Below, in pieces: positions 41,095-55,994 of a stretch of DNA of 64,000 nucleotides; position 1 is the first letter of the stretch, and each line of letters begins with the position of its first letter. The stretch lies in contig CM052832.1 of NCBI GenBank assembly GCA_028534125.1, forward strand, positions 7,566,001 to 7,630,000, in the 5' to 3' direction. The translations under genes were made by a program, and so were the position numbers. The stretch is from Lama glama (taxonomy: Eukaryota). The notes under the pieces are model-generated. The model had not been told where the DNA came from, did no database searches, and saw nothing but the letters and a program-made list of their open reading frames with translations.

Positions 41095-41320
41095 CATGGT
41101 GAGAAGAGCGCAGACTTTGGAGTAAGACAGACCTGGCTTCAGAAGGCAGCGCGCCTTGCTTGCTCAGCAAAATTAGACAAGTTGCCTGACGCGTGTAAGC
41201 CGTAGCATCTTCACTTTAAAAATAGGAATCATATCTGCCCATTGAGAATTAAAAGAGATAATGAAAGGACCAAGTGTGGCACCCACATATAGTAATGAGT
41301 GAACCGCCGTTAGTCCCCTT
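41095..41320 (+). mobile_element. MIR SINE
   Basis: gagcgcagactttggagtaagacagacctggcttc...ttagacaagttgcct. Confidence 0.65.
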
Positions 41321-41330
41321 CCCCTTCAAC

Positions 41331-41552
41331 TAGTGGCTCTCAACTGGGTGTGGTTTTGCCCCCAAGAGAACACTTGGCCACGTTTGGAGACATTTTCGGT
41401 TTTCATAGCCCACAGAGTAATGGGCAGGTGCCAAAGGCATTTAGTGAGTAGAGGTCAGGGATGCCAGTAAGCCTCCTACGGTGCCCAGGGCAGACCCCAA
41501 CGAAGCACTCTTCAGCCCCAAATGTCAGTAGTGCCAAGACCGAGAAACCCTG
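41331..41552 (+). mobile_element. MER20 (hAT-Charlie), near full length
   Basis: Begins (c)agtggctctcaactggg...ttttgcccccaag, contains tttggagacatttt and agaggtcagggatgc, and ends cccaaatgtcagtagtgccaagaccgagaaaccctg. About 220 bp. Confidence 0.88.
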
Positions 41553-41606
41553 CCTTAAGGGTATTAACTTTTCTATGAAGAGAATGTAGGAAGAAGTATA
41601 TATGGG

Positions 41607-42440
41607 TTCATTCCACCAATATTTATGAAACACTACTATGTGTCAAGCTCTGCAGAAGCTTTGGGGGTTTAGCAGTGAATAAAATAGATGTAGTCTCTGC
41701 CAACAGGGAACTTACATTCTAGTTGGGGAGGAAGAGACAATAAATGAATAATTATATAATATCATTGTGGCAGATGGCAGTAAGAGCTATGAAGACAAAT
41801 GACGCAGGGTAATGGGTAGAGAGTGACCTGGGGAGCTGCTGCTTTCTGTAAAGTGGTCATAAACAGCTTCTTTCCTATGGTGACTTTTGAACAGAGACCT
41901 GCAGGAAGTGAAGGAGCAAGCCAGACAGTGATGTACAGTTAGGGCATTCGGGACAGAATATAGCAGATGCAAAGGCTCTGGGGTGAGAATGTACTTAGCA
42001 TTTTCAAGAAACTTCAGGATAGGCCAGTGTGGCTGGAGTGGAATAAGTGAGAAGGGTTGTGGCAGGAGGGGAGATCAGAGAGGGAACAGGGAACCAGGTT
42101 ATCTGGGGATTTATAGGCCATTCTCAGGGTTTTGGCTTTTATTCTATGTGAGATGAGAAGCTATGGGAAGTTTTGATCATTTAATAGCATGATTTGATTT
42201 GCATCTTCTAAAACATCACTCTGGCCATTGTGCAGTGAATAGACAGTCAGGGGCAAGGGTAGGGGAAGAGGAAGAGTGGAAGCAGGAAGACCCTTTGGGA
42301 GATTATTCAATGATGCAGGGAGAAATGATGGTGATGATGATGGCGGCTTGGACCAGAGTAGTAGCAGAAAATGGAAGGTGGTGAAAAGTGGTTTAATCCA
42401 GGTGTGTTTTAAAGGTAGGGCTCATGGAACTTGCTTAGGG
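41607..42440 (-). mobile_element. L2 LINE 3' portion
   Basis: Starts with the reversed L2 tail ttcattccaccaatatttatgaaacactactatgtgtca. The body contains aggccagtgtggctggagtgga and atcactctggccattgtg. Confidence 0.82.
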
Positions 42441-45400
42441 GGAATTAATTGATGAATTAAGCTAAGATAAAATTTTTATTTTCACATGTTTAAAAAACTC
42501 CTTATTAAAACACTCAGATGTATCACATAAGTAGCAGCAAAAGGAGATTCCAGGCAGGGCTCTCCCTTGTTCTGTGCAGCGTCCCGTTTATCCTGGGAGA
42601 GGTCGGCGAGGGCCGTGCTGCACTGACAGGCTGCCCGAGTCGCAGGATTTCACCTTGTGTTTGCCAGGCTTTCCCACCGCGTAAGTGAGGCCAGCCTCGG
42701 TTTGGTGTGCATGTTGGGCTGCTTGAGAATGTGATCTTGACTAAATCAAAATGGAAAGGTCTACAGCTTTCTAAGTCAGGGTTAAAAAGAAAGTATGAAG
42801 TAAATTTTGGTCAATAGTTGCTTTATATATATATTTTCCAGTTGCAAGTTTTACCCTAAATGACCAAAATATTTAACTATATCCTTGTATATTTACTAGA
42901 CTGTAAAGTCATATCGACTCGTCTGAATATTATATAAACCTATGAGAATTCTAGCAGTGTTACTCAGAATACCTAAAGAGCTCACATATCCAGTATGCAC
43001 ATACTGTATGCGGATGTACAGCCAAATAGAAACCACAGGAAAGGGTTACAGCACCCTCAATCAGGAAAATAGAGAAGAGGCCATTCTTCTTTGCTTTAAA
43101 GAACTAGTTTGGGCGGAAATTCACATAGCTTTTTATATTATTTGCCGACTTAGTTATTACAGAGCATGTTTATAATTTCAGGAAAACACTGGTAAAAATT
43201 AGTACTAATACTACATGAGGGCTTACAACTAAACATCGGATTAGGTTGTATGGTACTAGGTTACTGGGGGAAAAAAAAAGCGATACTTTTCTTTGCACAG
43301 ATTTTATTCCGGGACAGGAATTTTTTATTGTGTATAATTTTCCCCACCATTAGCTTAATAAATTCAGATTTAAAAAATTTGAAGCAGGCATTAAACCGAT
43401 TTTAAATGCACTGTTTTGGTTTTAATAACAACTATATTTTCCTTATATAACAAGTCGTGCTCATTTTTGACAATTTAAAACGTATAAAAAAGAAAAAAAC
43501 TCCTATATTAACATTAGCTAATATATTTAGACTCATAGAGTATAGACCAAAAAAAATCCAATATTTTGAAACAACTCTATTATGAACTCATATCACAAAT
43601 ATCCTTTTGTGTATTTCTCAATCACTGATGCTTTGTACTTGCTAAGAATTACTCACTTATTTTTAGCACAAAATTCCTTTTAAATCCCTTGACTGTTCTA
43701 GAGTCTGTAGCTATTTCTTTAGGAAACTGCATATGATTACTATAATACATTCTGAATACCTTGGACACATAAAATTGGTGGATTATAAAAATCACTCTGG
43801 GGGAACAAATTAATACCAGTGGAAACCTTTATTTTTAGACTAGGAAATATATTGTATTATTATTCAGGTGTATAATTCAGAGAAAATTCTGAGTCAAATG
43901 ACTTAATTTTAAGATTATATCACTCAGAATTCTGGGTTAGCTTCCTAAATATTGCAGTAACATTCTCCTTTCTCTGTCTCGCTCTCGCCTTATCTCCCTT
44001 GAGGACATAAGCCTATGCTGTCTCTCTGTGATTTTTCTCCCTCTTACATTACCACTTTGATTATTTTTGTGTGTATGGACATTTATTTAATGGCCTTCTG
44101 TAAATCAAGCAAGATTGCCTTACTTTCAAAAATCTTTTCTTTTCTGATTATCATTCACTTAAAAAATTTCAAATTACTGAAATATGTAACTGAAAAAGTA
44201 AAAGTTCCCCATAATGCTGACCCCAGAGGTTGATACTATCAAAAGTATAAGGCATATACTTCTAGATGTTTGCACACGTATATGCATGTGCACATGCACG
44301 CTTCTGTGTTTAAACGTAAATGTTAAACATAAGCATTCTAATTCTCAACTTGCTTTTCTTTGGTTAATAATACATTCTCACTGCTGTAATCTTTGAGAGG
44401 AGACAGAAGTAGTACACATAGAAAAGTGTGGAGTATAATGCTGTCTAGAAGAACAAATATGTTTCAGAAGAGAGAAATCAATGTGAAATCAATGTGACCT
44501 GGAATCTTCAGGGAGGACTTCCTAGAGGAGGTGGTACCAATGCTGAAAGGGAAGGAGTTAAGTTACCACGTGGATGGGAGAGGAGATAGCCAGTGCACTC
44601 ATGAGGGAGGGGCAGGGAACAGCAAAGCATGGCGGATGTGACAAAGGGTGACCTGAGTAAAAGACCTATGTGCCAAGGTTTTTTCTATGTTTTCATTTAA
44701 AGTAATCGAACCCAGATGGGTTGGGAGAGTTAGAATGTTTGGAAGGAGCCAGCAAAAACGTGTTGCAGTACTTCGGGCCCTGAATGTTGAGCGTTGTAGT
44801 GAGCGTTAAAGGCAGGGGAATCTGCCAGATGTTTTGAAGGAGACTCACTTAACTCTTGGGTAGGAGGATCTAGTAAATTACACCTAATCTCACGAGTAGA
44901 ACCAGTACATGCCTGGGTACTGGGTTGCCTCTGTAACAGTCCGATAAACCCTATAACCTTTCTGGACCTCAGCTTCCTGGTCTACAGTGACTTGGGGGTG
45001 TGGTTCCTACGATTCTTCAGCATTCTGTGGTGTTTACTGGTCTGTTGGTAACCTACTGCAGGGGACCACAGCGCACAGGAACACGCTTAAACATTCCGTA
45101 ACTCACGTACTGTCAGGGAGGCCGTGGCAACCCCTCTATATGAAGTTTTCGAGTTCAGCAACCACTTGCTGTCTAATGTGAGGTATTTGGTAGATTACCA
45201 TCGGCATTTAGCCTTTTCCATGCAGAAAGGACTTTGCATTTCGGCTGTAAGACTTCTAAGTATAATCAAAATAAGAATTTTTTTTTTTAATCCCAGGTGG
45301 AAGTCAAAGCAGATAAACTTTCACCTTGGTTTAAAAGTTATGTTCTGTGATTCTTTGTTGTTGAAGAAAAGACAACAGTCATGTGTCTTGAGAGGCCACC

Positions 45401-48400
45401 AAGAGTCAGGCTGGCACACAGCTTCTAGAACTTTCACACACGTGCCAGTGAAAGCACGCAGAGAATTTAAAACTGCACGCTGCAGAGATAATCCAACCTC
45501 ATACCTCAGACTGATAGAGGCAGGGGCAAATGCTGATTGTCACTGCTGAAAGTATTTTTCAAAGACAAGCAATTTCACATTAACCGGAAAGTGGGGAAAA
45601 AAAATACTTCTCACTGAAAATTTAAATTAGCTAGCGTATACTGAGAGTCTTTTGTGTTCATTAAACAAACAGATTTTACGAAATACTGCATCTGTAGGGA
45701 TATTTCCTCCTCTGTTTTCTTTAAGGTAGGACCCAGAAAATGAGTTCATCTGGCATGGAAATCTACCTTCAGTTTTACAATAACCAGAAAGAGCTGTAAC
45801 CAAGAGCTGTAACCTTGGTAGTGAGATGAATGACTATGAACATAATTGTTCTCTTTTACCTTTTTTTTAAAGCTATTTCTGTTAAATTTTAAAATATTTT
45901 GGATATTTGGAAAATTTTAGGAATAATTCTTTCTAAAGTAATTTATCCATGTATGCCCCTACCTGGTGATACTTCACTATATTGTGGTCCTAGCAAGGTT
46001 CAGTTTCAAGAAAGCCTCCCGAGTATGTAGCATATTTTTAGGAGTTTTCAAGAACACTGCCGACACTAAAGAAAACCAGGAGTGGGCAGAAGTGACAGAT
46101 GAAGCAGAAGACGAACTGGACTTGCAGATACAAGAGCATGAGTGTCCAGAGATGATCTTACATTCATGTGGCTGCCCGGGATCAGGGGGGCATGTGTCAT
46201 TTGAGAATGTTCAGGATGAATAAAAGCTGTGGTTGCGATTATTCAGTGATGTGCCTCAGAGTAGGTCCTTCAGGACCCAAGTTTTACTTTAGCTTTGCCT
46301 CTTTATTAACTATGTGCTTTAATTTTTTTTTTACTTCCCTAAATCTCAGTGTGCTCAGCTTGTAAGATGGAGCTATAAAAACTATTTACCTTTTTTTTTT
46401 TTCCAGGCATCTTATTTCCGTTACGTGGATGAAAAGAAAGGCTCTTACTAAAACTGTTTATCTTAAAGATTATTGTGCTGGTCTGTCGTTGTTATTCTGG
46501 TCATGCTCTTTTATTAGGTTTATGATTTTTCTCCGTTGTGCCTCTTCCCAGAGATTTCTTAAAGTTCCAGGAATAGAAGAGGACTGCCAGCGTGCACGTT
46601 AGTGTGGATTACAGTGGGTGATCTGAAGAGAGCCAGAAGGAAAAGTAGAGTTAGGACCACACAGGAAATAAGAGCCAACCTTAGTTCACCATTGGCCAGG
46701 GTCTTGTTTTTTATGGGTCTCTGGCTTAAAAAACTGCCTACCTTCTCTGGAATTTGTACAGTTTGATTACAGATATTACAGTTCCTAATTTTAGATCAGC
46801 CAACAAGGATTTGTATACATTTCTTTTGCCTTAATCCACCCATCCATCTGCCCAGTCACTCAGCCAACCAGCACATGTTTACTGAGGCCCAGGTAAATCT
46901 AAGCTGAGCAGAGGCCAACATTGAGTTTATAGAAGCAAAACGTAGTTGCTGTCCTTGAACAGCAAATAGTCCAAGAAGGCTGGATACTCCCTGCCTTTCC
47001 TGGTATTTAAGGTAATAGCGTAAGACTAAGGGGTGATACAACAGGATGCCAAGTTACTGGGGACCCTTTTATAAGGCTGAATTTGTCCCCTTTCCGTCAC
47101 TTGAAACAATTCCTAGGGAAGAGAGAGAGGTAAACAAAACTTAGCATGAGGAGTGTCTGAATCGTCTTCATCGTCCTCAGGTCCCAGGTAGTGTCTCTGA
47201 CTTCTGGTTGCGCTCACTTGACCGAGCTGAGTAGCGTACGTGCCCTGTGCCAGGTGGTGTGGATTCGAGGGTGTTAGTAGGAGTCTTCCCAACCTTTTTC
47301 ATGTCAAGCACACACAGAAAATCATATTTTTATGCCACACCAAGGGAAATGCACAAGGCATCTCGTCACCAGATACGGGCCTGGGGTTCTGCTGCCACAG
47401 CCTTGTGTGATACCCAGCGGTTGAGGGGACTCAGTGTCCCTGCGCACCTGGGACGTGTTCGCAGCCACCCTATACACTGTCACATGCGTGACTGTGTACA
47501 CGCTCTGGATTATTCCAGGATCTGCCTTCTTTGCCAGTCCAGGGCCTCGCTAATTTCATTTTCTCATGAACAGTTTGGGTGTGTTAATTATGGTGGCTTC
47601 ATGATACATTTCAGTAAGATAATGTATAGAATTTAGGGGATCCCAGAAAAAAATGTTGGAGTAAAACATTACTCTAGGTGGAGGACAACCTTTTAAATGA
47701 AATAGGCTGGCTCAGGGGACTGAGAGCTCTGGTCTTCAGTTCTAACTTGTCACCTTTGGCAAATCATTTCTCTCTGAACCTTGATTTCCTTATCTTTAAA
47801 GTGAGGGAGATTGAAGAAGAGGAGCTTTAAGCTACTGTCGAGCTCTGGTAGGCCGTGATTTTGTACTGCCTGTAAAGCTTTGCTGTGGAGTCAGCTGCTT
47901 TGCATGGAGTGCTTGCTGCGTGCTAGGCACTTGGATGATTCCTGTGTGTGCCCTAGTGGCTTTGTGGGGCTCCTGAGATCAAAGGTTACTGTGCAGAGGA
48001 ATTAACATCAGACTAAGATGCTTAATGAAGAAAAGAGAATAGACACCGAAGAGGGTGTCTAAACGGAATAAAGCTAAGTTCTCGTCACTTAAAGTCCTCT
48101 CGTGTCTTTGAAATGTAGTGAGATGGTAGGCTTTGCAGTTCAGAAGTGTCCAACTAGTTAAACACCTCACTTAAATTAATGTTGGCAACTCTGGCAACCT
48201 TAACTTCTTAGGATCAGTTTTCCTAACTTTCATTTCCAGAAATACTTACTGCAGGTATATCAGCTATCTCAGCATGTATACAGAGGCCAAATCTTGAATG
48301 TCCAACTTTTGGAAGCAAAGTTAGTGTTAAGAATCCCGTTGGGAACTTTCTTTTTCCATCGTCATCTGCCAGCTTTCTGTCTAGCGTGTGTTTGGCGCCT

Positions 48401-50118
48401 GGATAATCAGGGACTGGTGGCTGCATTATAGTCATTTGCCCACATCGTGACCAAAATGGTAGCATTTGTTTGTTTCACCAATGTTTTATTGCTCATTTAT
48501 CATGTGTCAGATATATCCTAGGAGCTGGAAATCCAAACTGGGGAGGTTCCTGCTACAGTCAGACACAGACTGACATACAGACATACGTATGTAATACATA
48601 ACATACATTAAAGATACTGGTTTTAGAGGTTTTTTAAATAAACACATTAGTAACTGATTTGTTATGCTCAAAACACATAAATTATCCCTTCCTATTTCTC
48701 ATTAGCAAACATTCGTTGAATCATTAAAAAGAAGGACAAAGCTAAATCATGCATTCATATATCAAAAAATATTTTAAAGTATGTAAAAATTTATCCAGTA
48801 ATATATACCCTTAAGGGACTCGATGTTTCAGATTCACACACAACAGGATACCCGTACACATACATGTACATGCACATGTGTGTGTAATATTTATTTGTAG
48901 ATGTTCAAGAAAGATGCTTGAAGCTAGAGGATAAATAAACAAGAGGAGCCTGGGTTTGTGTCAGTGCACATGCGTGTTTGTGAGTATGCGTGGGGGAGAT
49001 TAGGAAGGAAAGAAGGGAAGGAGGAGAGGAAGAGAGGAAGGGGGCAAAAAGCCAGTGGTCGTAGAAGGAACTGCAGTAGTTAGTAAATTTTGCCTTAACT
49101 CCCACCCCATCTGTCGTTTCTGTATTGAGCTGTAGCTAGTGTACCATTATTCATTCCATCAACTGATATATCATTGGAATTAAGTTGTCCACTCACCCAA
49201 GTCAGGCAAAATGAAAAATAATCATTTTAGTTTAAAAATATATATATCTGCAGACATTAGGAGTGGTACGTATGCACTCCATCAACTGTGATAAAGAAAA
49301 CTCGCTAAAAGTCCTTCCAAAGCAGAAAAAAATTTTAAATCTCAGGGAATTTTTTTTCCTTTACTGGCCAGAAACTCATTCCAAGAAGTACCAGCCTGTC
49401 TCATTTCAAAACGCTTCCCTTGCCAAGGAAGCGGAAGCGGTCATATTCTTTCCCACCAAACTATGGGTGAATTATAATTATCCTACCTCTTGTGGGACAG
49501 TGAAGCAGCAAACATCTGCTGTACTGAATCAGAAAACCCACGAATGAAACTATACCGAACTGTGAATCATACCTGGACTCAGATCAAAGGATTTGTGTTG
49601 TGTTTACCTTTTTCTTTATTTTCTTTGCAATTGAAAGTATGGATTTGTTAGCTCTGGCCTCATGTTCTGAGAGAAATATATGGATTCCATTTGTTGACTC
49701 CTATTTTAACGCTGAAAACTCCCAGCTTTAAGGCAGATGGGCAGTGATAGTTAATAACAGATTTTCTGTTTGATTTGTTACCTTCTCACGGTTTGCTTTT
49801 TCTTTAAAAGGATGACAAGATTTATAAAATTTAGAAGTGCGCAATGTAAGAATTGAGGCCCTTTAGTTTTTTTCTTTCGCTATAATAAAAATAACAGAGG
49901 AGTGAAAATGATTTTTTTACCTCATTTCCCAGAGAAACAAGCTTCAAAGCTGCTGTGACTTATCATAATTTCATGTATCATGGTATTTATGGGGTACTCA
50001 GCTGTTCCCCTAGAGTAAGGAAAGGAAGTGGAACTTCAGTTCTGAGTTTTAGCTGTGAAAACGTAATAGTCCACTTGCTTTAAAACCTTTTGTGTGTCTT
50101 TTTATTTTTATCTATTAG

Positions 50119-50194
50119 AGAGCCGAAAGACAAACTCGAATTATGGATTCAGCTCAGTATGCAGAATTCTGTGAAAGTCGACAATTAAGTTTCT
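50119..50194 (+). CDS. SUPT3H: SUPT3H internal coding exon (approx. exon 7): RAERQTRIMDSAQYAEFCESRQLSF(S)
   Basis: tctattag| acceptor, |gtaagt donor, 76 nt, phase 0/1. Carries the conserved SPT3 motif T..M...Y..F...RQ.SF. Confidence 0.96.
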
Positions 50195-52430
50195 GTAAGT
50201 AAGCATTTAACTTTGCTTCATTATATGTTTAGGAGATTATGTGTTATGTACACTCAAGTATGACACAATCTCTGTTCCTTAGAAATTGGTGAATTTAATA
50301 CATATATGCCTGGTTATAACTGTTATAGAAATAGCCTCTGCGTTGTAGGGAACCCATAAAAAATTTTATCCCTCTCTACTGTTTTGCAATTAATAGTATT
50401 AAGAGGTTTTAAGGGGTGCTGGAAATACACAGAGGGCCATGTCAATTATTCAGATTACTTCTAGTCAGAAAAATTCCATTTTTCTTAATATTCTCATTTA
50501 AATTTGTCTTCCCGTTTCTTAGTCATCTTTACACTAGTACTGCTGATTGTACTTGACCCATAATGGACTCTAGTCGTACAGTCATGACATTTAAAAGCCC
50601 CTAATACTAATAAATACCAAACTTCCCATTTATTTATGCATATCCATATTACCACAGAAGATCAGATCAACAGTCTCTTCCATTTTTGTCTGTAACCTCC
50701 TGCTGTGGTATGAGCTCCGTGGTTGCCAAATTCATCAGCCTGTGCTCTTGTGCCCAGTGGTAAAATTAGTTCTGTTCCATCACTGCACACTGCCTCCCTC
50801 AAAGTGCGTAAAGGCTCGTGAGAAATACGGGGCCAGATTGTGTAGCAGAACCTCCTTACAGCAACAGTTCTGTGATGACTAAGAGTCCTGGGGTAAAGGT
50901 CAAAGAGTAAGTGTGATGCAAAGTCCAGTTAAAACCATGACAAAGTAGCACATGACCCTGGGCTGGGGGACTAGAAACACAATGGTGTCTTTAAACGAAA
51001 AGCTATTCTGTGGTCACAATAACAACGCATTTGATTTGGGAAAAGACACTGAAAGCTTCATTTATGGATCATAAAGTGCAAATAAATGACACATTTCAAA
51101 TAGTGCCCCATGTAAATGTCAGTAAAATATAGGAAAACATGTTTTGGAAGATTTTTTTTCCGAACTAAATATACTTTGCAGTCTGACTAACAATTTGGCA
51201 TCATACATCTGTGAAGCATTAAGTAAATGACACTTCAGATCATGGCAATTTCAGCAAATGAGAGGTTTTTGTATTGTAATTTTTAGGTTTAAAAATGGCA
51301 TACAAGTCTTTTATAAGTATAAATCTCCACTTTATAAAGTAACATTTAGTGCTATTGAACTATTTCTTAAAATCATATTTTAAACTTAATTTACTTAAAG
51401 GAACAGAAGTGCTATTTCACACTAAAACATAGTCATTGAAATGTCCTAATACACCTTTTGTTTGAAAAATCTGATATTTCATAACTCACTTTTTTTATTC
51501 ATAACTCAATAATAAACTATTATAGACTAAAAAGTAATACTTCCCATTTCTGTATAAAATAACTGCAGGATAAAGAGTATATTGTGCTTAACTTTTTTTC
51601 CTTAAAGAAGAGGGATTTGGGCATTTAAAAATATTTCCTTACACGATGCCCATTGATGCTTCATCATCAAACCTTAGTGAGACAATCTGTTTTATATGCC
51701 ACAATGCTGTCATTGGGGGTCCTTAATCCAAGGGGATGGGCGAATTCAGAACTCATACCCACAGTGGGCAGTGTTAGGCTCTTTCCCCTCCTTTCCTCAT
51801 AGATTACCAGGACATAGGAATTGTGATCCAGCCGTATGTGAGTTCTTAAATGTTTGATCATAGCTCTCCCCAGTTGAGACCCCTGGTGCCTTTTAAAACA
51901 GCAAGTCTGTAACTTTATAGGCTGCAGGTAAGTTGTAGAACTGGGACACTGATCAGATTCACCCATATTTTGTTTTCTTGTGTATATAAGTCAGATAGTC
52001 ATCTCCCTTAAAGTCTTTTAAAAATCTGATACTGATTCACAAAGTTTTAATTTACTTACAATTTGGTAAATCTTTTCCCAGTCCTTTCCTTTCAACCTTC
52101 TGTTTTATATGTGGATTTTTTAAACAGAATATCTAAATTTTCTATTTAGTCAGTCGGAGAGTCTCTTTGTATTTTAATTGATGAGTTTAATGTATATGTA
52201 TTTAATTACTTATACGTTTGGGTTTACATACACTGTCTTAGTTTGTGTGTTGAATTTACTGTGCTTTTTTATTTGCTGTTCCTCCTTTTCTCTGGGTTGA
52301 TTAGGTTTTCTTCAGTCCTTTTTTCCTCAACCAGTTTATATATTATATATTATATTGTTCTTATCTTAGTTGCTATCCCTAATTTTTCTAAAGTACATCC
52401 CTGACTTAGATTGTTTAAAGCTGGTAAATA

Positions 52431-52746
52431 CAGGCAGACCTCATTTTATTGGGCTTTGCTTTATTGTGCTTCACAGGTTTTCTGATTTTTACAAATTGAA
52501 GGTTAGTGGCAACCCTGTGCCAAGCAAGTCTTTTGGTGCCATTTTTCATAGAGGACTATTTTTAATTAAGCTATGTCCATCTTTTAGACATAATGTTATT
52601 TTACACTTAATAGAGCACAGTATAGTGTAAACATAGCTTTTATATGCATTGGGAAACCAAAAAATTTGTGTGACTTGCTTTATTGCAATATTTGATTTAT
52701 TATGGTGGTCTGGAACCAAACCCACAATATCTCCAAGGTATGCCTG
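52431..52746 (+). mobile_element. Tigger1-derived MITE
   Basis: Termini ta|caggcagacctc and aaggtatgcctg. Internal ttttacaaattgaaggttagtggcaaccctgtgccaagcaagtc is typical of Tigger1. Confidence 0.88.
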
Positions 52747-55501
52747 ATCTGAACTTTTCTTCTTGGCCTAATTTTGTTTTTCCTAGGACTCTGTAAGTGC
52801 TTAAAGCACTCATAAACAATAGCCTTATTTTGCCCTCATACTTAAATGATAGGTAAGTAGGAAACTGTAGACTAATAGTTATTGGTTAAAACATGACTGT
52901 GTTGTCTCATAGCCTCTGTTGTTGGTTAGAAATCCACCGTCTACTTGCATTGTGTTTTCCCCGTGGGAGGAGGGAGGAGAATAAAGACACTGCCCCTGGC
53001 CCTCGGGTAGATGGGGAAATGAACAGGCTAGCAGTCAGTAACTGATCAATATATAATAAAAGGAAAGAAAGAAGGAATCTCTGCTATAAAAGTTTCCAGG
53101 GAAAATCACACCCTCTGAGGAAGGCTATTTTCAGTTAACCCAAAGAACAGTGATTGTGAAGAGACAGAAGTTGCAGACAACTTTCTTGGGAGTGGAATGG
53201 TCATCACAGAGGGCCCTGAGGGAAGGATCAGGAACGGAAAGGCTGGTGAGAAGGGGTGTGGTAGAAATAATGAACTAGTGTGCAGGGATGACAGCATGGA
53301 ATATTGAGAGAAATTTGAATTTTGCCAGTGATCACTGGTGAGAAAGAAAGTATATGAGATTCAACTAACCTTAAATTTCCATGTAAAATTATTACATAAA
53401 TTTGTTTTATTTCCAGCGTGGGCTAAAAACCCAGGTAGTGTCAGAAAACTGAGACTCCTAGAACTTTTGACCTTTGATCAAGGTTCTATTTAAATTGTTG
53501 ATCAATTCCCAGGAATACCCTTTCTCCTGAGACACTGGCTGAAGGAAAAGGAACTCATTCAGTTTGATTCCCCCTCACCTCTTGATGAAAACAGGCTGCC
53601 ATGACTAAGGGTATCTGAGCCTCTTTTGGTGGAACCAGTGTTATCCTGGAAGGTCCATCTCTGAAGCAGGTGACAGGGAGGGGGTTAGCTCAGCAGATCT
53701 TCACCTGTGGCAGGAATAGCAGTCACCCAAGTGGTTTGATGGGACCTCTATTCATCTTCTTTGATGTATAGAAAAGTTTGGACCTTACTCTTTTATTAAA
53801 GAAATATCTTTTGTTTGTTTGTTCATTAGTTCATTCATTCATTCATTCATTTCTTCTAGAAATGTTTGTTGTCAGTCTGCTAATGCCAGGCACTGTTTTG
53901 GGTGCTGGGATGCCATGGTGGACACATGGCCCTCACCTCTGCCTTCTTAGCTAAAAATCTACGGAAGACGCTACCAATTCTGTTGCTTAGGTGGACGGAT
54001 CAGACAGAATACTAAGAACTGTCCTTTCCCTCGCTTTACAAATAACATGTTTAGAGCATAATCACAAAGTATCTGTTTCCGTGTTGTTACCTGTCAAAGG
54101 GAGACGGGAATAAGTTACATTTTATTGATCTCACCAAATTGCTGCCTGTTACCTGTGACTTAAGAGTATTCCACAGATGTTAAACAAGTGTCTGTGAGCT
54201 CTTGCAGCGTACTGGGTGGATGGAATGTTGCATGTCAGAGAGAATTTAGAAGATTGGTTCCTTTAGGGAGATAACTTTAAGGGGGATTATCGTAATTCTG
54301 CCACAGTTGACAGCTTCGGATAAGTACTTCGATAGCAGGACTTAATGTCTTCAGTGATTTATTTCAAAGAAAACTCTTCTGTATGTGGAATTCATGAAGT
54401 CTGTATCTATAAGGATCAAAACATCATAGTATTTTGTAGACCAGTGGGTCCCGATTAATCAAAAGAATAATCAGCGGATTTTTTTAAGATTATTATGTTA
54501 TAGATATGATAAAATCTTCTCTATCAATCTTTTCCCTCTATGTTACTAGTTAAGTTTAGTGATATCTAATGAAGGCCCTATGTCGAGTCAGACTCCGCTT
54601 AGCACTGTGGCAACTGAATGGAAGATTCCATGTGTGCTTAGTACTGTTAGGTATGCAGAAAGATGTGACACATGGTATTGGCTCACAAAAAACTTCTAAT
54701 GTGGCTTGAGAGATTATAAGCAGACATGAAAGATCTCTGATGATGTAAGTGTTCAGTAAATGGCTAGAGTGGGGAAGTACACCTTTGGCTTGTCTGGGCA
54801 GGGTTCATATGAATGAAGCAGGGTGATGGGGAGGGAAAGGAGCAGGGGTGAACACAGAGAGGATTCTACTTAAGGCCGGGTGACGTTTTCACAGGGAAGA
54901 ATATAAAGGCAGGTTGGAATCAGTCTGGATGATTTTGAGAGTCGGGCTTAAGAATTTGTAAATCTTTGTAATCAGGAAAATGTAGCCACAGGCTTAGCTC
55001 AGCCCAGATATCAGTTTATTCCATTTAATTCTAAATTCACAACCTTGAGCCGGTTCTAGTACTCAATACATTTGAAAGTGATTAGAAATACAGTTTCTGT
55101 ACGTTCCTTTATTCATCACAGGTTCTTTCTTGCAGAATTTTCTTTCTACGAGAATAAATTAAAGTTCCATCAAGCAAATAATTCTTCTGACTATTGCTAT
55201 AACATATCCTGTGGCCAGTGATAACTTATTTTGACACAGTGTGAAAAGTGCTAAACATTAAGTGGTTGACTATACTGTGTTCCATGGCATAGGTACTAAA
55301 TACAGGATGCAGATGTATCAGGCATTTCTTGGTCCGAGAACATCAAGGCAGTAATAAAACTTCAAAAACATTGCATTTTTTTCGTATGTACTGATTTTCA
55401 TATGCAATTTTCAAAAGATGTATTTTTCCTTTTGTGTTAGTAACATGCAGTAGTAAAACACTCCTAAAACTGAATTTCCTCTACTCTTTTTTAACGGCTA
55501 G

Positions 55502-55614
55502 CCAAAAAAGCCTCCAAATTTCGAGACTGGTTGGACTGCAGCAGTATGGAGATAAAGCCCAATGTTGTCGCGATGGAGATTTTAGCATATTTAGCGTACG
55601 AGACGGTGGCACAG
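55502..55614 (+). CDS. SUPT3H: SUPT3H internal coding exon (approx. exon 8): (S)[37 protein letters not shown]
   Basis: ggctag| acceptor, |gtaaga donor, 113 nt, phase 1/0. Encodes the C-terminal histone fold ([16 protein letters not shown]). Partly visible in ORF 55531..55740. Confidence 0.97.
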
Positions 55615-55994
55615 GTAAGAATTCGAGTCTGTCATGTCAGGCCATACACAGCTGCTGTCTTCTTGTCCCTTTCCACGGTCAGTCCTTCTCTGTCTGCTGC
55701 TCTGCCAGGAGTGAGAACAGCCATGAGTCTTCTCCTGTGATAATCTCATCCTTTTCTGAAATTTACTTCAATTATGTTTATTCGCATCCTCAGCTCTGAT
55801 GTGTGTGAGGGTGAAAAGGACTCTCTCTTGCAACTTTAGCCAAACCAGAAATGGGCCCCTTGCCAGCTTTTCCTCCACATTGAATTTGAAATACACAGCT
55901 CTCATTTAGAGATTATTTTTGAGCTTTGAAAAATATCTTTCGTAAAATCTGCTGAGTGCTTCCCAGGATCCGAGTCTGGAATCACTGCCCTCCA

